Positions 48,601 to 62,215 of a stretch of 64,000 nucleotides of DNA are shown piece by piece. Made by a program: the position numbers and the translations under genes. Numbering within the stretch: position 1 is the first letter of the stretch; every line of letters starts with the position of its first letter. This DNA is from Okamejei kenojei (lineage: Eukaryota). The stretch covers positions 310,001 to 374,000 of the forward strand of contig JAVHYY010000086.1 in NCBI GenBank assembly GCA_035221665.1. The letters are read 5' to 3'. The notes under the pieces are model-generated. The model was not told the origin of the DNA. It searched no databases and saw only the letters and a list, made by a program, of their open reading frames with translations.

Positions 48601-51600
48601 CTAATATTAACATTTCAAGCCATGAATTTGTCATCTAGCACCTAACTTCAAGCAATACATTTGTCCGTAGGTTTACTCTGTCCGCAAGTCCACTGTTCGC
48701 ACGTGGTGGATTGTTCATGCGTGGATAGAGGAGCGGCCAGCTTATGCGATATATGTACGCAGAGAGAATAATTGCAGTTGATACATCGTCAGTGAGCCAT
48801 AGAGTCATACCACAGGGAACAGCGCTTTGGGCCCACTGTACATGTCGACCAAGATGCCCCTAGTGTCATTTTCCCGCGTTTGAACCATGCCACCCTACGC
48901 CTTCCGTATCCATATAGCTGTCCACATGTGTTTTAAATAAAGTACCTGTCATAGTACCTGCCACAACTACCACCTCTAGCAGCACGTTCCATATACCGGC
49001 CACTCCCGGTGTGAAAAAGTGTGTATGCAGTGTTAAGCTCTTCAGTGACATTAACAATTTATTGTTCTATGCTGCATTACCTGAGACTGGGTAAAGGCTA
49101 TTTTGCTCTCGCACGTTTATATCGACATCTATGAAACGAGTTGCAGAGTGGTTAGTGGGGCCAGGTATTACATATATTTTAAAACATTTGGAGAGGTACA
49201 AGGATCGGATAGATTTCGAGGAATATGGACCAAACGCAGGCAGGTGAGACTGGTGTAAATGGGTATGCTGATCGGTGTAAGCAAGCTGGTCCTAAGGTCC
49301 CGTTTCCACGCTGGAGGACTCTATTACTCTAATCGGCATCAAGGATTTAAGATTGGCAGTGAACGTTTTTATCTGGTTAGTTTCCAACGTTATCCGCGGT
49401 GACTGCGACCGCAGGGTTTGTGTTCCCATGTCAGTGTCTGAGCCGCGGTTTGTATTAAAGGAACGAAGAACACCTGTTCTGAAAAGAAAATGTGACAATT
49501 GGGAGATGTTCAATTCGTTCCCTTAGCAACCTATGGTGCTTCACAGACTAACGGGCGCTGTCCTATAAAGCTGCAGGCCCGGGATAGTCAATCGCTATCT
49601 CTTGAAAGAAGACTGTTATACGTCACAAAGTCGACCGCTGGCGAGAGTCTCCTTATCTTGAAAACAGGCGCCAATGTCTCTCCGAACCGTACTCGAGCGA
49701 ACGGCTTGGATAGCGAATGTATCAATACAAGTAAAGAGCATTCTTGGTTTAAATGGGACATTGAACTCTGTGTCACGAAACTCGCGTCCACCATACCTGC
49801 TTAAATCAAGTGGGCAATTAATCATAATGCTTGAAGTAAACTCAAACGCACCGGACATTGTTAAACAGCTTAAGGGAAACATGATTTGCTAGAACTAATA
49901 GGCATTATCCTTGTGTAATGTGGGCAGATGTTTACCTGTTCCATAGCAACATCTACCATGCTGTTTCACTTCAATGCATAATGCTATCCCCTGGTTGTTT
50001 TCCCCTCAGGCACATCCTAAGTTCCACTCGCCCTTGTGTTACACCTGGACTAGTCCATCTGCCGCCTGTTTTCCAGAAAGCAGCGATCGGCCGTTTCCCG
50101 GGCTTTGCTTCCATCTACTGCTCATTGATCACTTTCCATGTAGTTACGCAGTCACACAGACCGGGAATAGACCATTCAACCCACCGAGTCCCGGCCAACC
50201 TTCAGTAACCCATTTGAACGAATCTGTTTTCTTCTTTCTGCAGAATGTCATCAGCGTCCAGTTCAGCCATAACTCAGCCGCGAGCTCACGAGTAAAGCCA
50301 GGAATATCTGTGAAATATTTCCCATTACGATTTCGTGTTTTATTTCAAGGCTCGGACCTTGCCATTATGGCCTTCCCGTATGCGCTGTGTTTTCTTGGCG
50401 AACCGGACGCCAGCAGAACAACACAGCTTCCGCGTTGGTGAACACATTCGTCGACTCATATGTCTCCCTGTTTGGAAGGCACATCTTGCCCGGACCCCAT
50501 ACCGCATGCAGACCGCACAGCTTCCCGACTTTCGTGATCCCTTCCACTGATTTCAATTCATAGAAACGTGTTTTATATCTATCTCGAAATTTCTGCTAAA
50601 TGTTCTATAAGGAATTGCCATGCGAGAATTCCAACACAAATGAGCAAGTATACCGGTCCCCTTCGCTGTTTTTAGTCTGGTCACGGTTTCGATTAATACT
50701 CGTTCTCTCTCACATTCCTTGCTCTCGCCCCCTCACCATGTCATTTGACCAGCAACCGCTGCCACTGCCCCTTTCATCACGTTACGTTCTGGAAACTCTC
50801 TTGGCATGCGATTACATTCCTGTTTGTACAGCAATGGACCGAGTGTTAAATGAGCAGGAAAAATGCGGAGGAAGAACACGCGATGGGAATTTCAACGTTG
50901 CTAATGTTATATATAAATATATAAAAAAATCACTGACCTTGACGTAAATGTAAATAGATTGGTGCGTTCATTTGCTGACGACACCAACAGTGGAGCAGTT
51001 GCAGACACTGAGAAACGTCAGAAGATGCAACGAGATGTAAATCAGCTGCACGCATGGGTGACAATTAGCCGATGGAATTTGTGGAAATGTCGAACACTAG
51101 AGGGCAGAGTTGTGAGGTGGGAAGGGGAAATGTTTAATGGAGATGCGCTGGACAAGTTGTTCACACAGGGCGAAGGGGAGTCGAGCGAATGTGTACTGGT
51201 GGTGGTAGATACAATAGTGCCAATTAAGGAGCATTCAAGTGGGCACATTGACGAACAGACAATGGAGCATGGATATGGATCATGTACAACCGAATGAGAT
51301 CAGTTCTGTTAGACATCATATACGGCACAAACATTACGGGTCTAATGTCCCGTTGCGTTCCGGTACTGATCTATGTTTTACATAATAATACGTAATGTTA
51401 TATGTTATTTTACAATCGAATTGGGCTCAGCATCTTTATAGAACGCTTCCATTAAAAAATATAAATTGAATTAATATTTTGGGAGTACTGTCCAAAGGGT
51501 GATCAGCCGATGGCATGTGTAAGCAGCACTCGTCCTGATGAGTGAGATCAAATGATATCCTTTGGGACAGAAGACATATTTGTTGACGTGGGGATGTGAC

Positions 51601-51877
51601 TTAATTGTCCCTTTCGACTTTAGCTGGATTTTAAGTATGCCGCTGTTTCTCTTTGTTCATTGAAACCTATTGTCTTTAACTTTACAGCGCTTGAGGTAAT
51701 CGTCTTGATTGAGGAATACATTCATTTATAATTTCGGAGATCGAGGTAGTTTCTTACACAATTTTGTCAGTCGTTGGATTAACCGGTTTGTTGCAATGTT
51801 TAGTTCGGAATAGTTCGGAAAGACAATTCTATTTGAGCAACAGAGAAAATCATACGGGTTAATCTAACCGGACTAGA

Positions 51878-54636
51878 TCATAGAATCATAGAAAATAGAT
51901 GCAGGAGTAGGCCATTCGCCCCTTCGAGCCTGCACCGCCATTCAATATGATCATGGCTGATCATCGAACTCAGTATCCTGTACCTGCCTTCTCTCCATAC
52001 CTGCCGATCCCTTTAGCTACAAGGGCCACGTCTAACTCCCTCTTAAATGTAGCCAATAACCTGGCCTCAACTTCCTTCTGTGGCAGAGAATTCCACAGAT
52101 TCATCACTCTCTGTGTGAAAAATGATTTTCTCATCTCGGTCCTAAAAGACTTCCCCCTTATCCTTAAACTGTGACCACTCGTTCTGGAGTTCCTCAACAT
52201 CGGGAACAATCTTCCTGCACCTAGCCTGTCCAACCCCTTAAGAACGTTGTAAGCCTCTATAAGATCCCACCTGAATCTCCTGAATTCCAGCGAGTAAAAG
52301 CCGCGTCTATCCAGTCTTTCTTCATATGGAAGACCTGCCATCCCATGAATCAGTCTGGTGAACCTTCTCTTTACTCCCTCTATGGCAAGAATGTATTTCG
52401 TCAGCTTAGGAAACCAAAACTGTACGCAATACTCCAGGTGTGGTCTCACCAAGACCCTGTACAACTGCAGTAGAACCTCCCTGCTCTTGTACTCAAATAA
52501 TTTTGCTATGAATGCCAACATGCCATTCTCTTTCTTCACAGCCTGCTGCACCTGCATGCCAACTTTCAATGACTGGTGTACCATGACACCAAGGTCTCAT
52601 TGCATCTCCCCTTTTCCTAATCGGCCACCATTCAGATAATAGTCTACCCTACTGTTTTTGCCGCCAAAGTAGATAACCTCACATGTATCCACATTATACT
52701 GCATCTTCCATGCATTTTCCCACTCACCCAAACTATCCAAGTCACCTTGCAGCCTCCTAGCATCCTCCCCACAGCTAACACTGCCCCCCAGCTTCGTGTC
52801 ATCCGCAAATGTTGCATTGAATTCCCACATCCAGATCATTAATATACAGTAGCTTGCAAAAGTATTCATACCCCTTGAACCTTTCCACATTTTGTCACGT
52901 TACAACCACAAACTAAATGGATTTTATAGGGATTTCATGTGATAGACCAGCACAAAGTGGTGCATAATTGTGAAGTGTAAGGAAAATGATATATGGTATC
53001 AAAATTGTATTACAAATAAAAAACTGAAAAGTGTGGCGTGCAAAATATTCAGCCCCCCTGAGTCAATACATTGTAGAACCACCATTCGCTGCAATTACAT
53101 TTGCAAGTCTTTTGGGGGTATGTATCCACCAGCTTTGCACATCCAGAGACTGAAATTTTTGCCCATTCTTCTTGCAAAGTAGATCAAGCTCAGTCAGATT
53201 GGATGGAGAGCATCTGTGAACAGCAATTTTCAAGTCTTGCCTGTGATTCTCAATTGGATTTAGGTCTTGACTTTGACTGGGCCATTCTAACACATGAATA
53301 TGCTTTGATCTAAACCTTTCCATTTTAGCTCTGGCTGTATGTTTAGGGTCGTTGTCCTGCTGGAAGGTGAATCTCTGCCCCAGTCTCAAGTCTTTTGCAC
53401 TCTAACAGGTTTTCTTCCAAGATTGCCCTGTATTTGGCTCCATCCATCTTCCCATCAACTATGACCAGCTTCGCTGTCCCTGCTGAAGAAAAGCATCCCC
53501 ACAGCATGATGCTGCCACCACCATGTTTCACAGTGGGGATGGTGTGTTCAAGGTGATGTGCAGTGTTCGTTTTCCGCCGCAAATAGCGTTTTGCATTTAG
53601 GCCAAACACTTCCATTTTAGTCTCATCAGACCAGAGCACCTTCCTCCAGATGTTTGCTGTGTCCCCCACATGGCTTGTGGCAAACTGCAAACGGAATTCT
53701 TATGGCTTTGTTTCAACAATGGCTTTCTTCTTGCCACTCTTCCATAAAGGCCTGATTTGTGGAATGCACGACTAATAGTTGTCCTGTGGACAGATTCTCC
53801 CACCTGAGCTATGGATCTCCGCAGCTCCTCCAGAGTTACCATGGGCCTCTTGGCTGCTTATCTGATCAATGCTCTCCTTGCCCGGCCTGTCAGTTTAGGT
53901 GGACGGCCATGTCTTGGTAGGTTTGCAGTTGTGCCATACTCTTTCCATTTTCGGATGATGGATTGAATAGTGCTCCGTGTGATGCTGAAAGCTTGGGATT
54001 TTTTTTTATAACCGAAACCTGCATTAAACTTCTCCACAACTTTATCCCTGACCTGTCTGGTGTGTTCCTTGGGCTTCATGATGCTGTTTGTTCACTGTTG
54101 TTCTCTAACAAACCTCTGAGGCCTTCACAGAACAGCTGCATTTATACTGAGATTAGCATACCACCAAGTGGACTCTATTTACTAATTAGGTGACATCTGA
54201 AGGCAATTGGTTGAACTGGATTTTATTTAGGAGTATCAGAATAAAGGGGGTTGAATACTTTTGCACGCCACAATTTTCAGTTTTTATTTGTAAAAAAAAT
54301 TGAAAACCATGTATCATTTTCCTTCCACTTCACAATTATGCGCCACTTTGTGTTGGTCTATCGCATAAAATCCCAATAAAATACATTTACGTTTGTGGTT
54401 GTAACGTGACAAAAAGTGGGAAAGTTCAAAGGGCATGAATACTTTTGCAAGTCACTGTATATTGTAAATAGCTGGGGTCCCATCACTGATCCTTGCGGTT
54501 CCCCACTTGTCACGGTCTGCCATTTTGAAAATGACCCGTTTGCTCCTACTCTTTGCTTCCCGTCTGCCAGTCAGTTCTCTATCCACATCAATAATGAACC
54601 CCCAATACCGTGTGCCTTAAGTTTGTACACTTCTCT
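51878..54636 (-). mobile_element. CR1 LINE fragment interrupted by a Tc1 transposon
   Basis: ORF 51970..52584 ([17 protein letters not shown]). The RT segment ..CAATA|TATATTAATGAT (IYIND) rejoins across the Tc1 insertion. Confidence 0.9.
52847..54457 (-). mobile_element. Full-length Tc1/mariner DNA transposon (DD34E, Passport-like); transposase 54079-53063 disrupted
   Basis: ~210-bp TIRs starting CAGT(A/G)(G/A)CTTGCAAAAGTATTCAT; TA TSDs at 52845-52846 and 54458-54459. Motifs GRPPKL, WSDETK, KHGGGSIMLWGCF, FQQDNDPKH, WPSQSQDLNPIEN. Confidence 0.96.
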
Positions 54637-56489
54637 CTTAGATGGAGAGGGAGACATGAGGAACTGTGGGTTCTGCAATTTTGAGCAAACGCAAAATGCT
54701 GCTGGAATTCGGAGGGCCAGGCAGCATCTGCGGTATGAATCTAAAAACGACATTTCAAGATCCGATACGAAACATTGCCTATCCATTCCGACTTCCGATG
54801 CTGACTGACACGCTTAGTCCCTCCAGCATATTGTGCTTAGACCGAGTGGGAGGCAGTGTTGATATTTTGCTCAGCCAACTGTCGTTTGAACTGGTGGACC
54901 GTCGTACATGGAGACGCAACGACCTGCAGATGCTCATTGAACGAAACGAGGAAACACAAAGTGCTCGACTCGGGTCTGGCAATCTCACTGGAGGACAAGG
55001 ATAGTTGGGGCGATCTATGCACTTATAGGTAGATGTTTATGCTTCCAGCGCCATGTGTAAATTGCTTCATTCGCGGACTGTACGCCATGTCTTCTCACAT
55101 CAATCCTCAGGTACAGTGCTTCATGCAGAATTGGGTGGCATTACACCTTATTTGTCCAACATTGATCGGAGAAAGATGGACTCCACTCGTCCATTCGCTC
55201 CACAGATGATGCTTGACCCACTGAGTTCGTTCGGTTCTCTGTTTTGATCAATATTTAACCACCGTTTTTTGTGCATGAAAAACGCGGGGGGTCACCATTC
55301 GGACTGAAATATGCGTGGTCAGGAAACGGGACTGTCTGTAGTTCAGGGTTGGATGCGGAGTAGGGCGGCGGTGGTTGTGCAGACGTTTCCATGTGCGACG
55401 CTGCAGCTCAACTTGATTAGTCGCCCACTGCTCATTATTTTGATCGCGATTCTAACAGACATAATGCGCCACAGTGGCGCAAAAAGGAGGGTTGCTGGCT
55501 CTTGGAATCAGAGCATCGCGTTCGGTCCTGACCTCCCGTGCTCTTTGTCTGACGCTTGCACTTTCTCCCCGAGATCACTGGCGTATGTTCCGGGTGAGCA
55601 GTGTTACTCCCACATCCCAAGCAGATGAATGTCTGGAGGTTAATTGTCCTTTGTAAATCGCCCGCATTATGCAGGGATGTGAAGAGAGAACGGATTTAGA
55701 AACGATCACGTGAACGCAAATGTAATGGTCAGCGCGTATTTCATCCGGGAGGGTTGCTGGCATATTTCATCGATTTAATGACATAGGCACGACTGGAGCT
55801 CCCACAGCTTCACAATCCCACATAACCCCGGAATACACTGAGTGAAGAAGGATTCAAATCCGACACGTCGCATGTCCGTTCCCGACGCAGCAGCTGCATG
55901 ACCGGCTGAGTTACTCAAACACATTGTTATTTAATCTTGGTCTCTAACTTGTTCCCAATATTTCACGGAAATTGTAATCTCATACATTACTGATGGATGA
56001 CGGGGTACAGCTCCGTTAAGTGATTTGATTTCCACTAAACGAATTATCCAGCAGTGTGCATTCCCAGAATGATTCTCGATTAAATGAAACTAAAATGTAA
56101 CTTTATCTCTCGCTCTCTGTCTTCATGTTGTTAGTACAGACTCATTTTCCATTTCATAATTATTTCTGTCATCATTCTGCAGTAATATTTCCTGTGTTGT
56201 GTTTATAATCGTAACGATTATGGATTTTTGCATGATCATTTTATTACACTTTTTCATTTCAGTGATAATTAGACTCTTCGTAAAGATTGTGTGAAATCAC
56301 TCTCGTTGGGACAGGGGCCACAATGAACCAAACCGAATCCTCTGCAAAACGTTACTTTCGATACAGAGAGCCTTCCGAATCATGGAGTAATTACCACCAC
56401 CGTTTAAATTACCATCATCGTAGGAGCATGTCTCTGCATCTCACTGCTATGTCTTCTTTCATTATTTCCCATTAAACCTGACGGCGATT

Positions 56490-56808
56490 GCAGCCACGGT
56501 GGCGCAGCGGTAGAGTTGCTACCTTAAAGCCTTTGCAGTGCCAGTGACCCGGGTTCGATCCCACTATGGGTGCTGTCTGTGCGGTGTTTGTACGTTCTCC
56601 GTGACCGCATTGGTTTTCTCCGAGATCTTCCGTTTCTTCCCATACTCCAAGGGTGTACAGATTTTTAGGTGAATTAGGTTGTTGTATGTGTAAATTGTCC
56701 CTAGTGTTCGTGGGATAGTATTAGTGTGCGGGGTCGCTGGTTGGTACGGACTTGTTTTGCCAAAGCGTCTGTTTCCTTGCTGTATCTCTAAACAAAACTA
56801 AACCTAAG
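56490..56808 (+). mobile_element. tRNA-derived V-SINE
   Basis: GCAGCCACGGTGGCGCAGCGGTAGAGTTGCT..GGGTTCGATCC..CTCCAAGGG..; CTAAAC-type tail. Confidence 0.85.
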
Positions 56809-57164
56809 CGGCAGGAACGGTGGTCTTTCCAAAATGCATCACGTGTTACCTGTTGGCCATGGCGACGGAGGACCTCTCCGTGAAAATGTGCGACGCGATG
56901 CTCCATATATTTGCCGACTTCTGTTAGCGAGGTATTGACGTGCTCTACAATCTAGTGTGCAGATTAATTATCTGTCTTAGCCATCTAGCTATCGGCTGTT
57001 ATATTTGGCTCATGGTCGCTTTCACCTTTTGATCGACGTGGCTATTCGCAAATAAAAACTCAAAACACGCTATTGCACCGAGAGAACCACGGTTGAGGTT
57101 GTAGTGACTTAGGGCGCGTTCTCCTGGTTCAAGAGTGTCCCCTGGCAATTTGCAGTTAATCCTT

Positions 57165-59400
57165 ATTCTATGTAATTGGGGATTGTCTCGATGATGCCGA
57201 CTGACATTCCACCAATAGCTGAAAGAGAGGTAATTATTAGGTGCTGAAATATCAGTAAAATGTATTGAAGAGTCCATTAGATCTTTAAAAAATGGAAAGG
57301 CCGCAGGCGCATATGGCTTAAACATTGAATTTTATTAAAACAAATCATGACCTGATTTCTCCACGCCTACAGACATTATAGAATTACGCCTTTACTCAAC
57401 AGACGCTGCCAGAAACATTATACGAATCAGCAATAACACGTGAACCAAAAACGGATAAGGAGCCTTGAGGACCCTGTCCATATAGAGCAATTGCTCTCTT
57501 AAATACTGATCAGCAAATATTAACCTAAAATATAGCCCATAGATAAAGTTTAGTGATTCATAAATTAATACACCCCGATCAAACAGGTTTTATTCCAAAA
57601 CGTTATTCATTTTATAATCTGAAACGATTATTTGACATAATATATTCAAAAAGAATTGGTAATGTCGATTTAGCAGTCATTTCATTAGATGCTGAAAAAG
57701 CATTTGAACAGTTGTTATGGCCCCATTTATTTTCCGTGATGGAAACATTGCAACTGGTTGAGAAGTTCTGCACATGGGATAAGCTTTTATATATTAACCC
57801 AACAGCTAGAATATTGGCAAACCAAATGTCATCACCTACATTTAATCCATCTAGTGGTTGTAGACAAGGATGCCGGTTATCTCCGTTATTATTCGCCCTA
57901 GCTGTTGAACCACTGGCAGAAAGTGTTAGAGTCCACCCAGAAATATATGGATATAATACTAAAGATAAAGTCAATACAATTTCTTTACACGCAGATGATG
58001 CATTACTATACATTACAAATCCAGAAACCAGCATTACAAACTTGTTAAATCTTATAACTCAATTTGGAACATTTTAGGGATATAGAATTAATTGGAACAA
58101 AAGTGACATTATGCCAATAAAGAAACTTAACCTACATACATTGCAACAATCTCCTTTTAAAATAGTCAAAGAAAAAATCAAATATCTAGGAATTTATGTG
58201 ACTAAGAAATATACTTCTTTATTTAAATTCAAATGTCCGCCATTACTTAATAAACTGCATAATAATATTCAGTATTGGGAAACATTTCCCATCTCAATGC
58301 TCGGTAGAATTAACGCCATAAAAATGATATTTCTTCCGCTATTACTGTACCTTGTTCAATCAATTCTGATATATCTCCCAACATTTAAAAACAAAAGTTG
58401 ATTCTATTGTCACAAGTTTTATTTGGGATTATAAGAACAATAGAATAAGTAAAAAACATTTATGTAAATCCAAGACGAATGTAGGATTAGTTTTATCAAA
58501 TTTTCTATATTATTTTTGGCCAGTTAATATTAAAATATGAACTTCTGGTTGGATGTATATGGATCAGCAACCAGATTGGTTAAAGATGGAAAAGAAAGAT
58601 TGTTTACCATTTGAAATTGGCTCGATTCTGTTAGCTCCCACAAAACTGAATTAAAAAACATATAGTGAAAATCCTATAATATATAGTGGTATACGAATTT
58701 GGAAACAATTAAAAAAGACTTTAAAATTGGATAACTTATCACTCTTCTCCCCGTTGTAAATAATCCTTCAATTTACCCCTCTTTGTTAGATAAAGGTTTT
58801 GTACAATGGAAAAATTATGGAATTGAAAAGGTGGGACATACTTATAGAAAATGCATGTTTCTTTCATTTCAGGAGTTACAACAGAATTATGGACCATATT
58901 CAAATATGTTTTTAAATGTTTACAACTTAGAGATTATGTTAAATCACAAACCCAAGAATATACAACTAGAGAGCCAGAGACCCTTGATGAATGTTTGAAT
59001 AAACATCCTAATACAGATAAATTAATCTCACATTTATAATATCCTTTTAGATAGTGAGGTCCCGTCGATGGAATTATATAGACAAACATGGGGAGTTCGC
59101 TGATATTTAATTATATCAGACCCCTACTAGGTGACAAATGTCCAGCTAGTTGTTACCAATTGGATTGATCCAAAACTAATAATATTAGGAATACAGAATA
59201 AAGCCTAAAACTTACAACACGCACGGACATTTCCTTGATTAGTATAATAATTGGGGTAAAAAGTAATATTACCAACAACCCCCACAATTAAATATGGATT
59301 ATGTGAGATGTCAGCCCTCACATTTGGAAAAAAATTCGACGTCCTAAATTGACTTATTTGCTAGAATATGGACTCCATTTATTGACACAGGATCACATTT
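57165..59400 (+). mobile_element. L1/Tx1-clade LINE ORF2 fragment, degenerate
   Basis: IHPDQTGFIPKR, ISLDAEKAF, GCRQGCRLSPLLFALAVEPLA, LHADDALLY, IKYLGI, GRINAIKM. Confidence 0.9.
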
Positions 59401-59734
59401 TTTTCTCGCTTTTTATTTATCTTTAAAAAGTAAACTCATTGTGTTAACATGTAATTGATAATGAGGACCAGCTATCAACGATATGTAATTGATAAACAAA
59501 TCTTACGACCGCAAATGATAGAATGTTCATGGACGGAGAACACAGTCAGTAGTCGTCGAGTCCACAGGAGTGTCGAAAGGAACAGCGGGGATAAAGATAA
59601 ATACCCCGAGATAGCGAACAGCAGACGATCCGTCGTTTTACCTGTGGAATGTGCACGAGTTTTGCCATGCTTTGGGCCACAACGGTCGCATCTTTTGTTT
59701 ATTACCAAAGGGTTAGATCCTTTCACATCAAACT

Positions 59735-60637
59735 AGACAAAAATGCTGGAGAATCTCAGCGGGTGAGGTAGCATCTACGGAGCGAAGGAAATATGCAACA
59801 TTTCTGCTCCAAACCCTTCTTCAGACTGATGTGAGGGTGGGGGGGGAAGTAAGGTGTGGAACCAGAGGCATGAGGGAGAACTGAGAAGGGGAGGACAATG
59901 TAGGGACTACCTGAAATTAGCGAAGTCAATGTTCATACCGCTGGGGTGCAAACTGCCCAAGAGAATATGAGTTGCTGCTCCTCCAATTTACGGTGGTCCT
60001 CACTCTGGCCATGGAGGAGGTTAAGGACAGAAAGGTCGGATTCGGAACGGGAGGGTGAGTTGAAGTGCTGAGCCACCGGGATATCAGTTTGGCTATTGCG
60101 AACCGAGCGGAGGTGTTCCGCGAAGCGATCGGCAAGCCTATGCTTGGTCCCACTAGATGTTGAACAGCTGACATCTAGAGCAGCGGATGCAATAGATGAG
60201 GGTGGAGGAGGTGCAGACGAACCTATGTCGCACCTGGAAACACTGCTTGGGTCCTTGCATGGATTCAAGGTGGGTGGTAAACCGAGAAGTGTAGCATTTC
60301 CTGCGGTGGCAAGGGAAAGTGCCCGTAGTGGTTCGGTTGGGAAGAGACAAGTTGTCCAGGGAGTTCCGGAGGCAGCGGTTTCTGCGGAAGGCAGGCGGGG
60401 AGGAGATGGGAAGATGTGGAAAGTGGTGGGTTCATCTTGTAGGTGATGAAAATGTTGTATGTGACGGCTAGTGGGGTGGAATGAGGACACGGGGGGACTC
60501 GGCCCTTGTTGCGAGTGGGGGGATGGGGTGTGAGAGCAGGGTTACGGGTTACAGAAGAAACGTTGGCGAGAGCCTCATCTATAGTAGAAGAGGGGAACCC
60601 CCATTCCCTAAAGAATGTGGACATCTCCGATGCCCTT
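59735..60637 (-). mobile_element. Penelope-like element 3' fragment (GIY-YIG + terminal repeat)
   Basis: FQVRHRFVCTSSTLIYCIRCSRC, HRLADRFAEHLRSV..PVAQHFN; paralogue of 18945-20505. Confidence 0.9.
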
Positions 60638-60824
60638 ATCACTGAAATACATTGAGAGACCGCGGTTATACACGTGGCAGTGTGGGAATGTCATTTTTAA
60701 AATGGCCATGTGATAGGGTTGGGTTCATAATGCACGGAAACTGTTAGGGAACGAACTGCAAATGGAAAGAGAGTTTAGAGTGGTTTACAGGGGTGCCTGT
60801 CACGATTTATTCCGAACTTTTCCG

Positions 60825-62215
60825 AAGTTAGCCTGACTTCGGTGGTGGGTAAGATGCTGGAGTCAATTATTAAAGAGGTTATAATGGAGCACATGGATAG
60901 CAGTAAAAGGATTAGTCCAAGTCTACATGGAGGTATAAAAGGGAAATCATGCTTGACTAATCTTCCGGAATTTTTTGTGGATGTGACTAGTAAAATTTAT
61001 GAAGGGGTGCCAGTGGATGTAGTGCATCTAGACTTTCAGAAAGCCTTTGATAAGGTCCCGCACGGGAGACTGGTGACTAAAATTGGAGCACCTGTTATTG
61101 GGGGTAGAGTGTTGACATGGATAGAAATTTGGTTGGCAGACCGGAAGCAAAGAGTAGGACTGAACGGGTCCTTTTCAGAATGGCAGGCAGTGGCGAGTGG
61201 AGTGCCGCAAGGCTCGGAGTTGGGGGCGCAACTGTTTACCATATATATTAATGAGTTGGAAGAGGGAATTAGGAGCAACACTAGCAGGTTTGCAAATGAC
61301 ACAACGCTGGGTGGCAGTGCGAACTGTGAAGAGGATGTTAGGAGTGTTCAGGGGGACCTGGACAGGTTGATGAGTGGGCAGATGCGTGGCAGATGCTTGG
61401 CAGATGCAGTATAATATAGATAAATGTGAGGTTATCCAATTTGGCAGCGAAAACAAGGGGGCATATTATTATCTCAATGGGATTAGGTTAGGTAAGGGGG
61501 ACGTACAGCGAAACCTGGGAGTCCTTGTACACCAGTCACTGAAGGTTGGCGTGCAAGTACAGCAGGTAGCGAAGAAAGCTAATGGAATGTTGGCCTTCAT
61601 AACAAGAGGGTTTCAGTACAAGAGTAAATACATTCTTCTGCACTTGTATAGGGCTCTGGTGAGACCACATCTGCAGTATTGTGTACAGTTTGGGTCTCCT
61701 AATTTGAGGAAGGACATCCTTGTGTTTGAGGCAGTGCAGCGTAGGTTCACGAGATTGATCCATGGGATGGAGGTAAGATTGAAAAGACTAGGCTTTTATT
61801 CATTGGAGTTTAGAAGGATGAGGGGGGGATCTTATAGAAACATATAAAATTATAAAAGGACTGGACAAGCTAGATGCAGGACAAATGTCCCCAATGCTGG
61901 GTGTCCAAAACCAGGGGTCAGAGCCTTAGAATAAAGGGGAGGTCATTTAAGATTGAGGTGAGAAAATACTTTTTTTACCCAGAGAGTTGTGAATTTATGG
62001 AATTCCCTGCCACAAGAGGGTAGTGGAGGCCAAATCACTGGATGGATTTAAGAGAGAGTAGGAAAGAGCTGTAGTCGAGTCAAGGGATATGGGGAGAAGT
62101 CAGGCACGGGTTATTGATAGCGGACGATCAGCCATGATCACAATGAATGGCGTTGCTGGCTCGAAGGGATGGATGGCCTCCTCCTGCACCTACGTTCTAC
62201 GTTTCTATGTTTCTA
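60825..62215 (+). mobile_element. CR1 LINE, 5'-truncated
   Basis: ORFs 60842..61414 and 61374..61847: KSCLTNL, LDFQKAFDKVPH, GVPQGS, LYRALVRPHL. TTCTATGTTTCT tail. Confidence 0.92.

Noticed and set aside
55465-55481. Palindrome TGCGCCACAGTGGCGCA containing a perfect heptamer
   Set aside because: No nonamer at 12 or 23 nt; it looks like the 5' end of a decayed V-SINE.
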